A DNA stretch of 60,485 nt from Candidatus Parcubacteria bacterium. Its GTDB lineage: Bacteria > Patescibacteriota > Saccharimonadia > Saccharimonadales > 2-12-FULL-41-12. Where the stretch lies: NCBI GenBank assembly GCA_019347895.1, contig JAHWKM010000005.1:1-60485 (forward strand), given 5' to 3'. Below are positions 1 through 10,104 of the stretch, piece by piece; positions within the stretch are counted from its first letter, which is position 1, and each line of letters starts with the position of its first letter. The notes beneath the pieces are model-generated. The model was not told where the DNA came from, made no database searches, and saw nothing but the letters and a program-made list of their open reading frames with translations. The translations under genes were made by a program, and so were the position numbers.

Positions 1-747
1 ACCGGACGGCCCATGCTCACTAGACCATAATCGGTCCCTGTCGTCCCAGGCCAAACCTTGGGGATTTCTATGACCGTAACTGTAAACTGCGTTATTAAAA
101 GGATTGTCGCCGGGAATACTGCCGTCTGCATTTATGCGTAAAATTTTTCCTGATAGTACGCTGGTGTCTTGAGCGCTTTGCTCGTCGCCTGCGTCGCCGG
201 TTGTAATATAAAGCTTGTCATCCGGACCAAATGCTATAAACCCGCCGTCATGAAACCTGGCCCCGGGAATTTGGTCGATAATGATCGTTTTTTCAGACAA
301 ACCTCCGTTTTTATATATGTAACTTTCCACCCGGTTTATCAAACCGGCGTCAGTTCTGGTTGTTAAATAAAGATAAATTTTATTATTCTCAGCGAAATCC
401 GGATGCAGTGCCAAGCCCAATAGCCCGCCTTCCCCGCTGTGTTCTACTCCGGAAATTTCAATTGATTGTCGGTCGCTGCCTACTCTTTTTAGCTTGCCTG
501 CCCTTTCCGTCACTAATAAATCTCCCCCGGGCAGCTCAGCAATAGCCCACGGAATATTCAAATCAACAGCCGCAATTTTAATGTTCGCTTCATCCCGCTG
601 GCCTGATTGTGTACCCGCCGGCAAATTAGAATCGGTCGGCTTGAATATATATCTTTCGAGTTGCCCTGATAGAATAATCCATCCCCCAAATATCAAAATC
701 CCGGCCATCACAATTAACAAAAAACGCTTTTTTGACACCTTATCCAT
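1..747 (-). CDS. PQQ-dependent sugar (glucose/sorbosone) dehydrogenase, partial (runs off left edge)
   Basis: Not in ORF track. Manual translation from ATG 747 gives an N-terminal TM helix, then IPWAIAELPGGDLLVTERAG, GEGGLLGLALHPDF, HDGGFIAFGPD, YGHRNPQGLAWD (YliI/GSDH motifs). Confidence 0.9.
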   Translation of the reverse strand, partial: MDKVSKKRFLLIVMAGILIFGGWIILSGQLERYIFKPTDSNLPAGTQSGQRDEANIKIAAVDLNIPWAIAELPGGDLLVTERAGKLKRVGSDRQSIEISGVEHSGEGGLLGLALHPDFAENNKIYLYLTTRTDAGLINRVESYIYKNGGLSEKTIIIDQIPGARFHDGGFIAFGPDDKLYITTGDAGDEQSAQDTSVLSGKILRINADGSIPGDNPFNNAVYSYGHRNPQGLAWDDRDRLWSSEHGPSG

Positions 748-786
748 CGTTTTATCATATCACTTTAATAGGGTTACAATTGTTGT

Positions 787-1314
787 ATGCAGCCGCGATA
801 TTTTATTGGCATTGCCCTGCCTGATGAGCTAAGCAGCCGAATTAGCAAGATTCAAAACGATCTATTTCAGCCAGGCAAAGTTATGCAGCCGCTCGTCCCG
901 CACATTACGCTGCTGAATCCGAATATGTTAGAAAAACTGCCGCCAAAAGATTTCATACCCCAAGTCAGAAAAGTTACTAATAATATTTTGCCAGTTGAAA
1001 TAAGACTTAGCGAAATTTCAATGTTTAAAAAGCGGGTAATTTACATAAAAGCTGAAGGTAAAGCAGCCGTGTATCTATATGATGAGCTAGTAAAACTATT
1101 GCCAGATTCTGTTCGCACTAAATTTACACCCAATCGGAAATTTGAACCGCACATCACACTCGCCCAGGCCAAACCCAAGCAAAATTTAGATCCAAAGTTG
1201 ACTGAGCAAATCAAAACCAGGCTCAGCCCCCTTCTTCCCGTCCACTTCGAAGCCCAAAACCTATCCCGCTTCATTTGGCAAGGACCAAGAATCTATCAAG
1301 TTACAGAAGTCTAG
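787..1314 (+). CDS. 2H phosphoesterase / 2'-5' RNA ligase family protein
   Basis: Two HxT motifs (PHITL twice); YFIGIALP N-terminus. Confidence 0.85.
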   Translation: MQPRYFIGIALPDELSSRISKIQNDLFQPGKVMQPLVPHITLLNPNMLEKLPPKDFIPQVRKVTNNILPVEIRLSEISMFKKRVIYIKAEGKAAVYLYDELVKLLPDSVRTKFTPNRKFEPHITLAQAKPKQNLDPKLTEQIKTRLSPLLPVHFEAQNLSRFIWQGPRIYQVTEV

Positions 1315-1315
1315 T

Positions 1316-1693
1316 CTAAAGACTTACGAAAAGCTGGCGTTCTCGGGGACCGTCGAGTTCGACTAGGATTATTCGCTGCCAGGTGCCGAGGACTAGCTTG
1401 CCGTCTTCCACCGGAACTGTCACTTGCGGACCTATTATTGAACTGGCCAAGTGAGCCGGTACGTGAGACGGATCATGCGGATGGCGGTAGTTTAGCTTCG
1501 GTATCATCTCCCAAACCGCATCCAGTAAATCCAGGTCTGTTCCCGGATCCAAATCTGCCGTAGTTATAGCGCAAGTGGTGTGGGCAACAAAAACCGAGCA
1601 AAGTTTAGTCTCTTTAGTAATATAGCCTTGAACCTGGTCTGTTATATCTATAACCTGCCTATTTCTATCTGTTTGAATTGTCAATCTTTTCAT
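1316..1693 (-). CDS. YjbQ/UPF0047 family protein
   Basis: HTTCAIT, H..SHVPAH, LGTWQRIILVELDGPRER; start moved to MKRLTIQ. Confidence 0.88.
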   Translation of the reverse strand: MKRLTIQTDRNRQVIDITDQVQGYITKETKLCSVFVAHTTCAITTADLDPGTDLDLLDAVWEMIPKLNYRHPHDPSHVPAHLASSIIGPQVTVPVEDGKLVLGTWQRIILVELDGPRERQLFVSL

Positions 1694-1790
1694 AATTAAT
1701 ATTTTACCCCACCCCTTGCACCTTTGCACAAATTTGTTACACTGGCCCTATATTAACCATTAATGGTGGGAAACAAACAGGAGGAAAAAT

Positions 1791-2489
1791 ATGAATAATA
1801 ACAAAAATATTGCTGACCAGTTCAGCGAGTCAGTCAGTGAATTTTGGAACGCAATCGGCAGCTATCTGCCAAAAGTTTTTGGCGCGCTATTATTACTTGT
1901 CTTAGCGGTAATTGTAGCTAAGCTAGCTCAAACAGCCGTAGTAAAAGGCTTACAATTAGCGGGCGTGGACAAATTAGCCAAAAATAAGAATGTTTCTAAA
2001 GGCTTAAAAACAGCCGAAATTGATCTGGACTTTATTGCTATAACCGGCCGGATTATTTTCTGGGTAGTTATTATAATCTTTGCCCTGACAATCGCCGATG
2101 TGCTTGGGTTGAGCGCTATGAGCGAAGTTATTAGCGGCTTGCTTGGTTACCTGCCTAGCGTATTAGCCGCGGCTATTGTCTTAACTGTTACCGTAGCTGG
2201 TGCCAGATTGATTCGTGACGTGGTTTCAGCCGCGCTTAGAAGAATGCGTGTCGATTACGGCCACATTATCGGCAATATTACCTTCTACCTTATATTGGTT
2301 TTCGGTACGGTAATGGCTATCGACCAGCTAGGTTTTGATACTACAATCCTAACCGCTAACATAACGATAATCGTAACGGGCTTTGTGCTAGCATTAGCCT
2401 TAGCCTTCGGACTCGGCGGGCGCGATTTAGCCGGCCGCCTGCTAGAGGATGCCTACAGCAACGTCAAAAAAGCCAAGCACAAAAAATAG
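1791..2489 (+). CDS. Mechanosensitive-channel TM-helix (CmpX-like) membrane protein
   Basis: YLPKVFGAL / YLPSVLAA repeats, ALAFGLGGRD; SD gagga upstream. Confidence 0.75.
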   Translation: MNNNKNIADQFSESVSEFWNAIGSYLPKVFGALLLLVLAVIVAKLAQTAVVKGLQLAGVDKLAKNKNVSKGLKTAEIDLDFIAITGRIIFWVVIIIFALTIADVLGLSAMSEVISGLLGYLPSVLAAAIVLTVTVAGARLIRDVVSAALRRMRVDYGHIIGNITFYLILVFGTVMAIDQLGFDTTILTANITIIVTGFVLALALAFGLGGRDLAGRLLEDAYSNVKKAKHKK

Positions 2490-2508
2490 CTGTATTTTCA
2501 GTTTTTTA

Positions 2509-2886
2509 TTAATCTTCGTTGCTAATCGCGAGCATATTACCCGAGGGGTCTTTAATCCAAACGACTATGAAATCACCCATTTTGTGAATATCGCCCTCTA
2601 TAGTAATTCCCGGTAATTCGGGATAGTGTCCGAAGCTCACGCCTTTTTCCTTTAAGGCAGAAGCAACTTCTTCCACGTTTGGTACCACGAAGGCAGCATA
2701 AGTAGCTTTATTAGTTCCGGCATACTGCGACGGATAAACAAATAATTTACTATTGCCGCTTCTATATGTAATTCCCCCTTCATTCCTTTTTACTTCCTCC
2801 AAACCTAGCGTCTGACCGTAGAATTTTTCGGCTTCCTCTAGGTTGTTAACGGCAATTGTTGCCGTAACATTCGCATCTTTTAACAT
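2509..2886 (-). CDS. VOC/glyoxalase family protein
   Basis: AEKFYGQTLGL ... WIKDPSGN; SD aggagg. Confidence 0.85.
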   Translation of the reverse strand: MLKDANVTATIAVNNLEEAEKFYGQTLGLEEVKRNEGGITYRSGNSKLFVYPSQYAGTNKATYAAFVVPNVEEVASALKEKGVSFGHYPELPGITIEGDIHKMGDFIVVWIKDPSGNMLAISNED

Positions 2887-2957
2887 ATCCCCTCCTTAAT
2901 TAATTTGTAATCTAATTAAAGACCAAAGGGGGCAAAATGCGCAGTAAATTTTTATGC

Positions 2958-3158
2958 TTAGGGTTCTTGGGGAACAATAATCCAAAGGATTACATACGGG
3001 ATAAAGCCGGGCAAACCGCCAGGCAACAGCAATATAACAAAAATTATCCTGGGGATAATAGGATCAACGTTGAAATAATGCCCTAAACCGCCGCAAACTC
3101 CGGCAATAACTTTGTCATCCCGCGATCGATACAGCCGTTTTGGTTCAGTTTCATTCAT
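2958..3158 (-). CDS. PspC domain protein
   Basis: KRLYRSRDDKVIAGVCGGLGHYF. Confidence 0.9.
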   Translation of the reverse strand: MNETEPKRLYRSRDDKVIAGVCGGLGHYFNVDPIIPRIIFVILLLPGGLPGFIPYVILWIIVPQEP

Positions 3159-3185
3159 AGTTATAGTGTAGCAAAAATTTCTACG

Positions 3186-4059
3186 CTAATTAATATTGAG
3201 CATAACTACGCCTACCACTACTAAGACCGCGCCTGCTCTCTTGGTGATTATTATTTTTTCCTTATCAAAAATTGCTGCCAAAAGCGAAGTTACCAAGACC
3301 GAGGCTGATGCGATAACAGCTGGGATTATAAGATTCCCGGATATTTCTGAACCAACAAAAAAACCTATGGCTCCCAAGGTAAGGGTAAGCCCGGAAGCAA
3401 TTCCTATCTTGTTTTTGCGTAAATTCCTTAGCGATTTTATAGTAGCTGATTTATTTTTAAGAAATGACAAGGTTAAAACATATATTGCCGCCGAAACGGC
3501 CGTAAGGCCAGTTATTGTTTCCCAAGGTAATTCATCAACTACCATATTTAAAAAGAAAATATCTACGCCTAAAAATATAGCCGCCAGTAATGCCATGACT
3601 ACTTCTTGGCTTAAATGATCTTTTATCTTACGGGTGTTTAACTTTTCTGTACCAAGCAATACTGCCCCAAAAACTATTATTAACATGCGGAGATTTTAGG
3701 TTGGAAAATGTAAGGCCCATAAATAAAAATGTTGCTAGAAGTACAAATAAGGGATAGGTATTTATCAAAGGAATGACGACTCCAGCCTGGCCAATCGAAA
3801 GAGCCTTAATAGATAAAATATAACCCGCGGTAAAAAACGCGGCCGCCAGCATGATTATCAAGATTTGGTTTAATCCCGGTATACTTTGTCCTGAAATTAA
3901 AAATATAATCGTCAATATAATTGCGGCCGGCAAGTGAATAGCCAAATTTACTTCCAAGCCGGCGTGTGTTTTGCTGTTTCTTGTGGCCAGCCAGTCGCTT
4001 ACACCCCAAAAAATAAGGGCGACTAAACCGCCAATTGTCGCCGCTAAAACTCCATTCAT
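3186..4059 (-). pseudogene. DMT/EamA transporter split by a frameshift near 3690
   Basis: Two overlapping hydrophobic ORFs (3628-4059, 3186-3686) form the two halves of a ~290-aa 10-TM EamA protein; the 874-nt span is not a multiple of 3. Confidence 0.75.
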
Positions 4060-4066
4060 TAACTAA

Positions 4067-4657
4067 TCATACATTATATTCAGACCGCCTAGATGCAATA
4101 ATAGTCCTGGCCGAGTGAACAAACACGAGCGCGAACCCCAGGCCGAATAATATTTCGCCAGTGTACAAATTATTGATCTCGGCAAAATAATAGCTCAGCC
4201 CGCTGATGATCAGACCGGCTATTAGCAGCAGGCTATAGATTACATTAGGCACGCTGCGAAGAACTTTTAACCCCCAATAAAGTCCTATCAGAGCCCCTGT
4301 AACAACAAGGGTTAACGAGATGTAGTGATGCGTCAATCTGTAAAATTCATTGACCTGATAAGGGTAAGTGCTGAAGGCAACCAGTATATATTCGACGCTT
4401 AGTATTTTACAAAACAAGCCCAGCTGCCCTAGCCGGAGTTCTTTAGCGCGTAATCGGCGAGCGGCCAGCCACAAAAATATTCCGGCTCCCATAAAAGAAA
4501 AGCTGTAAGGAACAAGTGTTACCAGCTGCGTACCGTAATGGCTGATTCCACCCTGATCATCGCGCAGAAAATACACCGGTTCAATAATGAAGCAGACAAG
4601 CATAAAAAATCCCAGATTAAGCTGGCTCAAGATGATAAATCCCCGTACCTTTTTCAC
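4067..4657 (-). CDS. Multi-pass membrane protein (DUF998-like)
   Basis: Hydrophobic helices, GISHYG motif, His pair in TM4. Confidence 0.5.
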   Translation of the reverse strand: MKKVRGFIILSQLNLGFFMLVCFIIEPVYFLRDDQGGISHYGTQLVTLVPYSFSFMGAGIFLWLAARRLRAKELRLGQLGLFCKILSVEYILVAFSTYPYQVNEFYRLTHHYISLTLVVTGALIGLYWGLKVLRSVPNVIYSLLLIAGLIISGLSYYFAEINNLYTGEILFGLGFALVFVHSARTIIASRRSEYNV

Positions 4658-4790
4658 GAGCCAAAGATAATTAAATTTTTCATATCAAGCGTACCTCATA
4701 TTAAAACTAATCATAGCATCAGGTATTTATAGGTCCGAAATAGAAATTTTTGCTGGCCTGGGTTTCCGCCGGTTGGTAAATAATATCCGG

Positions 4791-6095
4791 CTATTTTGAG
4801 AGTTTTGTGAGTAGATCATCGACTTTAACTCTTTCTTGTTTTGTCGTGTCTCTGTCCCGAATTGTTACATCATTGGCGTCTAAGCTCTCAAAATCTATTA
4901 CTACGCAATATGGGGTGCCTATTTCGTCTTGTCGACGATATCTTTTGCCGATGTTGCCGTTGTCGTCCCACATGACGTTGCCAAATTCTTTTTTCAGCAT
5001 GTCATAGACTTCTTTGGCTTTAGCGACCAACTCCGGTTTATTTTTTAGCAGCGGGCTGACTGCAACTTTAACCGGCGCTAAATTATGAGGCAGTTTTAGA
5101 TATGTGCGTTTTTCACCGTTTATTTCATCTTCTATGTAAGCTGAGGTTAAAACCGCCATAATCAAACGTTCTATGCCGAAGCTTGGTTCAATCACATGCG
5201 GCAAAAATGGTTCATTTCCGTCTTTTGGACGGTATTGCATGTTTTTTCCTGAAACTTTTTGATGGTTGGATAAATCATAATCAGTGCGGTAAGCAAGACC
5301 GAGCAATTCGTCTTTTTTGTGCGGAAAATCGAACTCAAAATCGATCGTGCGCTTAGAATAATGCGCCCTATCTTCTTCTGGTACTTCTAGCTCATGGACA
5401 GATTCCTCAGGTAAGCCTACTTTTCTTAAAAATGTTTTTATGCTTAAACGCCAATTTTCAAAAGCTTCTTCCCATTCATCCGGATGGATAAAATATTCAA
5501 TTTCCATTTGCTCAAACTCCCGCGAACGAAATACAAAATCACGCGGGCTTATCTCGTTTCTAAATGCTTTGCCAATTTGAGCGATACCAAACGGAATATC
5601 AGGATAAAAACTATCAACTACATTATTAAAATTGGTAAAAATCCCCTGTGCTGTTTCCGGTCGGAGAAAAGAATCTGGCGATTTTGCGTCTTCAACCGCA
5701 CCAAACTTAGTCTTGAGCATCATGTTAAACATGCGCGGTTCGCCAAAGGCATCTATTTGGCCACAGGTCGGGCATTTATTATCCTCCAAATGATCTGCCC
5801 GAAACTGCGAATGGCAATTAGTGCAAACTACTAAGGGATCTTTAAAACCTGCTAAGTGACCGCTGGCTTCAAAAACCTTTTCAGGCATAATTATTGCTGC
5901 GTCCACGCCATACATATCGGCTCGGTCTTCGACAAAGGTTTTCCACCACAGACTTGTGATATTACGCTTTAGCGCTACGCCCAAAGGACCGTAATCCCAC
6001 GTTCCGCTCAGACCGCCATAAATCTCAGAGCCTTGGTATATAAAACCCCGGCGTTTGCAAAGCGAAACAATATCTTCTAAAGAAATATCACTCAT
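4791..6095 (-). CDS. glyQS: Glycine--tRNA ligase (homodimeric type)
   Basis: CKRRGF, DYGPLG, LRPETAQG, FRNEISPR, IEPSFG, IGKRYRRQDEIGTP. Confidence 0.97.
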   Translation of the reverse strand: MSDISLEDIVSLCKRRGFIYQGSEIYGGLSGTWDYGPLGVALKRNITSLWWKTFVEDRADMYGVDAAIIMPEKVFEASGHLAGFKDPLVVCTNCHSQFRADHLEDNKCPTCGQIDAFGEPRMFNMMLKTKFGAVEDAKSPDSFLRPETAQGIFTNFNNVVDSFYPDIPFGIAQIGKAFRNEISPRDFVFRSREFEQMEIEYFIHPDEWEEAFENWRLSIKTFLRKVGLPEESVHELEVPEEDRAHYSKRTIDFEFDFPHKKDELLGLAYRTDYDLSNHQKVSGKNMQYRPKDGNEPFLPHVIEPSFGIERLIMAVLTSAYIEDEINGEKRTYLKLPHNLAPVKVAVSPLLKNKPELVAKAKEVYDMLKKEFGNVMWDDNGNIGKRYRRQDEIGTPYCVVIDFESLDANDVTIRDRDTTKQERVKVDDLLTKLSK

Positions 6096-6143
6096 TAAAC
6101 TAGATTATATTATAAATTAATATCTATTGGTATTACCGGTAAT

Positions 6144-6893
6144 CTAGATCGATCCTGAAACATGAGCAGTTACGAAATCAGGCTGAGGCTGCTGCGGTCC
6201 CCAAAAAGCCAGTGTCTTGTCTCTTACACTTCCAGTATTAACGATTTCATCAAACAATAATGCGTTTTCAGGACGCGGAAAATCATGTGCAAGAGGACTA
6301 ATATTTACACCTATATCAGCAGGTTCTATCATAAATCCGACTGGCAGATCAGGCTGCTCGAAACGCGTAGGTTTTAATATTCCCATACTATATCCTCTTT
6401 TTAAGCTATGAACAGCTAATGCGTCCAAGCCGATATATGGTGCATCGGCTACCATAAATAACTCAGGCCGATCATCGACTTCTAGTTTAGGTTGAATAGT
6501 GCGGTGAAAGTTTTTAATACTAGAACCAAAACCGCGTCTTGATACTTGGGCTAGTTTTACGCCCTTTACTGTTGGATCAGGCTGGTCTTCGAAGTAACTA
6601 AGAGCATCAGTAAAGTCATCGCTTGTAGCAAGGCTTAAGTCAAATCTATGTGATGCAACCCGGCGAAGCAGACGTTCCTGAATACTGTCATTTTCGTCAG
6701 TAGCCTTCATAATTAGATATAATCCCAAGTAACTAAATCTGGTCTCGTCGTTTAGTAAATTACGAATATGGCCACTATTTAGTCTTGCGCCATTATGGCC
6801 AAGAGCAAATCTAATACTTTCTGGCAATATCCTTTTGTCAGGATCATATTCACTTGAAGGTTGGGATCTTCTTCTAGTTAAGGGCGACATCAT
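6144..6893 (-). CDS. Hypothetical protein with C-terminal phosphoribosyltransferase-like motif
   Basis: 249-aa ORF; LLFDEIVNTGS resembles the PRPP-binding loop (LLVDDxxxTGxT). Confidence 0.45.
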   Translation of the reverse strand: MMSPLTRRRSQPSSEYDPDKRILPESIRFALGHNGARLNSGHIRNLLNDETRFSYLGLYLIMKATDENDSIQERLLRRVASHRFDLSLATSDDFTDALSYFEDQPDPTVKGVKLAQVSRRGFGSSIKNFHRTIQPKLEVDDRPELFMVADAPYIGLDALAVHSLKRGYSMGILKPTRFEQPDLPVGFMIEPADIGVNISPLAHDFPRPENALLFDEIVNTGSVRDKTLAFWGPQQPQPDFVTAHVSGSI

Positions 6894-7102
6894 ACATAAA
6901 TCACAAATATAAGACTGAGAATCTTATCTAAGCTAAGTTTTTTATAAGTTTTTCTAAGTTTTCCTCTTCACTTACTGTTTAAATTGTAGCATCTAAACTT
7001 TTGATAGCATAGTTTCTGAAAAAAACCTTCCGGATTTTCTTCTGTAAAAAATTTATGTATTTTATAACAAATATTCAGTTAATGCAAGTTGAGAACCCGC
7101 TA

Positions 7103-7795
7103 CTATTTTAAATGTTCTTGGAGTAAAAAATTGGAAAGTCCTTCAACTTCTAAAGCATTTTTATTGGGAAGCTTATTGATTTTTACAAATAGTTTTTTGC
7201 TATTAAGGTAGCGGAGGATTTTTATATGATTTTGGTTGTATTTGCCTGATTCATGGACCGCAAAACACTGGTGGTCAAAATCAAAATTGTATTTTTTATT
7301 TGGGGGCAATGGCGCGCCGGTTGATAATGTTTTAAGATTTGGCTCTACGCCTATGAGATTTAGCAGCTTTAGTCCAAACCAAATTTTAATTTGCCCGAGC
7401 GGCAGATTTTTATCATTTAATGATGCTAGCACATTGCTGAGATACGGATAATATTCGCTTCCTTCCTCATCCACGGTAAGTTTATTGACATTTTTTAGGC
7501 AGTCATAGGCATACATTGCTCTGTCTATATCGCTTGTGATATTGCCGTAAAATTTATCCATCCGGCTGGAAGTAAGCATGTACAGATCTCCCCTGCCCTT
7601 TAATAGTATGAGATGATTCTCCGCGAATAATTCTATGCCGCCGGCCAGCTTGCTTTTGCCGGAACGAACGGATTTGGCAATAGCCTTTAGCTTGCCGTGC
7701 TCCTGGCTCAGGACAGTTATGATACGGTCTTTTTCACCGTAATCAATGCGCGCTAAAATTATAGCTTTGTCGGAAATGTTTTTGCTGGTCGGCAT
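7103..7795 (-). CDS. recO: DNA repair protein RecO
   Basis: AIILARIDYGEKDRII..HGKLKAIAKSVR..KSKL; conserved recO-glyS linkage. Confidence 0.92.
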   Translation of the reverse strand: MPTSKNISDKAIILARIDYGEKDRIITVLSQEHGKLKAIAKSVRSGKSKLAGGIELFAENHLILLKGRGDLYMLTSSRMDKFYGNITSDIDRAMYAYDCLKNVNKLTVDEEGSEYYPYLSNVLASLNDKNLPLGQIKIWFGLKLLNLIGVEPNLKTLSTGAPLPPNKKYNFDFDHQCFAVHESGKYNQNHIKILRYLNSKKLFVKINKLPNKNALEVEGLSNFLLQEHLK

Positions 7796-7801
7796 AGTCT
7801 A

Positions 7802-8176
7802 TTATTCTAAAAGTTTCTCTGCGTTTTTTATAAGTTCATCAAGCGTTACAGATGATTTATACAAGTGTGCGGCCACGCCCATATCTTCTAAGATAGAGTC
7901 CGTAACGCCCAGATCCTCCTTGGGCATTTGGCTGTAAATAACAATAGGAATATTTAGCCATTCAGGATAGGAGCGGAATTCATGAATAAATTCCAGACCG
8001 TTATGCTTGGGCATAAGAAGCTCTAAAATAACCAAGCGCGGAGTACTTTTATCGGCTTGCTCAATGGCTGATTGTGAGGTGTGGGCTATAGCCGAGGACC
8101 TTTCCTGCCTTGCCAGAGCTTGGGCAATAACCAGCGCTAACTCCTTTGACGGTTCGATTATAAGCACGTCTGTCAT
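7802..8176 (-). CDS. Atypical single-domain response regulator (phospho-Asp replaced by Glu)
   Basis: Receiver fold: VLIIEPS, LVILELLMPKHNG, IPIVIYS, LYKS. Confidence 0.75.
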   Translation of the reverse strand: MTDVLIIEPSKELALVIAQALARQERSSAIAHTSQSAIEQADKSTPRLVILELLMPKHNGLEFIHEFRSYPEWLNIPIVIYSQMPKEDLGVTDSILEDMGVAAHLYKSSVTLDELIKNAEKLLE

Positions 8177-8937
8177 AAAAGATGCAATTGCTGGCTTTTT
8201 ATCAGCCGCAAGGCCAAGCCGCTGCTGCTGCCCCTTCTCGCGACATGCAAACCGTCGCCGGCAGCATTAGCAAAAAGATCGGCGATAGCCAAATGAACAC
8301 CGCTGCTTTTTGAATGCAAGGCTATAGCCAGATGCGAGTTGCCTTGAAGTTTGCGGGCCAGCGACATCTCGCTCCGGCTGACTTCAAGATTGGCCAGCAC
8401 GGATACGGTCACATTATTGCCCCGCTGCCTTCTGGCGCTAACCATGATCTGTCTGGTAGATTTTTCTTCTACTGATTCCAGGGCCATGTTCAATAAGCAC
8501 CAAAGTGCGGTTTTTAATCCTTTGGGGTTAGTTTCTACCGTCTGGTCATGAATGTCGGAAATCAAGTTAATTCGCTGGCTGGCGGCAACTGGCCGAAATT
8601 CCTCAAGAGCATCATATATAACCGATCCGATACCAATTGTCTCAAGCGGCAGTTTAACCTGCCCGTACTCTGACTGAGCTAGCAGCAAGTAGCTGTCAAT
8701 CAGTTTTAAAGTCTGTTCAGCGGTATTCTGGATTGACGCGAAAGACGCGTCAGAGGAATTCAGCGCTTCAAGTTCTGCCTGCCGGGCAATTAGAATTAAC
8801 GGGTTTTTTAATTCACGGGCCAATGCCCCGAGCAGCTGCGTATTACTTGGAAAATTTTGATTTTCGCCCACAGAATTCCCCCGCTTTTCTTTAATAATTG
8901 TATCACGCGCACTCATTACTATAGCAAGCTGTAGCAT
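8173..8937 (-). CDS. Degenerate histidine-kinase-like protein (H-box His->Arg)
   Basis: LARELKNPL H-box, LIDSYL, degenerate N and G boxes (LLNMA, SSGVHLAIA); overlaps the regulator start (ATGA). Confidence 0.65.
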   Translation of the reverse strand: MLQLAIVMSARDTIIKEKRGNSVGENQNFPSNTQLLGALARELKNPLILIARQAELEALNSSDASFASIQNTAEQTLKLIDSYLLLAQSEYGQVKLPLETIGIGSVIYDALEEFRPVAASQRINLISDIHDQTVETNPKGLKTALWCLLNMALESVEEKSTRQIMVSARRQRGNNVTVSVLANLEVSRSEMSLARKLQGNSHLAIALHSKSSGVHLAIADLFANAAGDGLHVARRGSSSGLALRLIKSQQLHLL

Positions 8938-8981
8938 TTAAGTTTCTTTAAAAGTCTGCCTATCCTTGGAGGAACCAAGAC

Positions 8982-9360
8982 ATTTCGGCAGTACTTCGTA
9001 CCTTCCCCGACCCACTTTCTTGTGTTGACAAGAAAGTGGGCAAAGAAACGCTCGTCAGGTGATAAAACGCGACTGAAGCGAGATACCAGAATCATGGAAT
9101 TCTAATTATTGGGTTTGGGCATTGAGAGCCGTCCTGATTGGTGAGTGTCAAAAACACAATTACTAGCGAGGCAGTGTTAAGCCAATTTCTCTTTGGAAAT
9201 AATGCAAAATTGGTGAGTTTGCCGAGCATTGTGTCTTTTGACAATGAGCCAGTCAAGATGGTTCGACGCCCAAGAGCTTTTGCATTCTTTTGTCGGCACA
9301 AAAGAATGGACTTGGTTCTTGGTCGCAAGAACATGGCTTGGTTCTTCACTAGAAGAACAT
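8982..9360. repeat. Family I nested-palindrome element, locus 1
   Basis: Long hairpin ttgggc(9115)..gcccaa(9273) plus three short hairpins; 9265-9314 matches the reverse complement of 23858-23907 at 49/50. Confidence 0.85.
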
Positions 9361-9364
9361 GGTT

Positions 9365-10015
9365 TTATGGCGAAAATGTAAGGTCAGGCAAGATTATATT
9401 ATTGAAGTCTTTAAACCGGTCCGAAGCTTGGCTGGCAATAGTTATGGTTTTATCCCTTAGCGGCAGGACTATGACAGATTCAACCCTACCCTCTTCAACC
9501 TGCCCGTCAAATTTAACACCTACGACACCCGGTACTTTAGGCAATGAATACGCTACTGCCTTTAACAATCCATCCCGGACTTGGCCTTCGTATTTAGTTA
9601 TTGATTCATCATAAGACATACCTTCAACAGTTATTTTTAAAGCGTGCGGACTGTCATTCGCAGCCGATACAAACTTCGGGTTAAAGATATACTCCGCATT
9701 TTCCTCGTTTAGTATGTAGGAGCTCCAGGTTTTAGGATAGCTGACTTTTATACCCCCAAATTGTGCCGGCCCCTGGTATTCACTCAAAGGAAATTTCTCG
9801 CGCTCCAAAAATTCATTGTCTTTCTCTGTTGCGAGCTTTTCGTTAGCCACCTCTACGGCCGCTTCAATCTTTTGGTCGACATTATTTTTATAATCATTGC
9901 GCTCGTAAAATGCCCAGGCAGCGAAACCAAGTACTCCAAAAAAGCATACTGATGAAATAATCAGCGGTATTAATAAAATGTTCAAAGCGCCCTGTTCGCC
10001 GAGTTTACGCTTCAT
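9365..10015 (-). CDS. Membrane-anchored hypothetical protein, prepilin-like N-terminus
   Basis: EQG|ALNILLIPLII hydrophobic helix, then a soluble domain (VSYPKTWS). Confidence 0.55.
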   Translation of the reverse strand: MKRKLGEQGALNILLIPLIISSVCFFGVLGFAAWAFYERNDYKNNVDQKIEAAVEVANEKLATEKDNEFLEREKFPLSEYQGPAQFGGIKVSYPKTWSSYILNEENAEYIFNPKFVSAANDSPHALKITVEGMSYDESITKYEGQVRDGLLKAVAYSLPKVPGVVGVKFDGQVEEGRVESVIVLPLRDKTITIASQASDRFKDFNNIILPDLTFSP

Positions 10016-10104
10016 CCGCTTAAGAGCTCTCTTTCATTTTTCAACCCGCAGAAATTAATACTGTCCGATTTTCTAACGGTATTCATAATTCTTATGTTAT
10101 CACA

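Noticed and set aside
9092-9614. ORFs 9092-9349, 9138-9614, 18581-18763 and 19118-19411 as proteins
   Set aside because: They overlap the palindromic elements or are antisense to real genes, and reading frames are not conserved between element copies.
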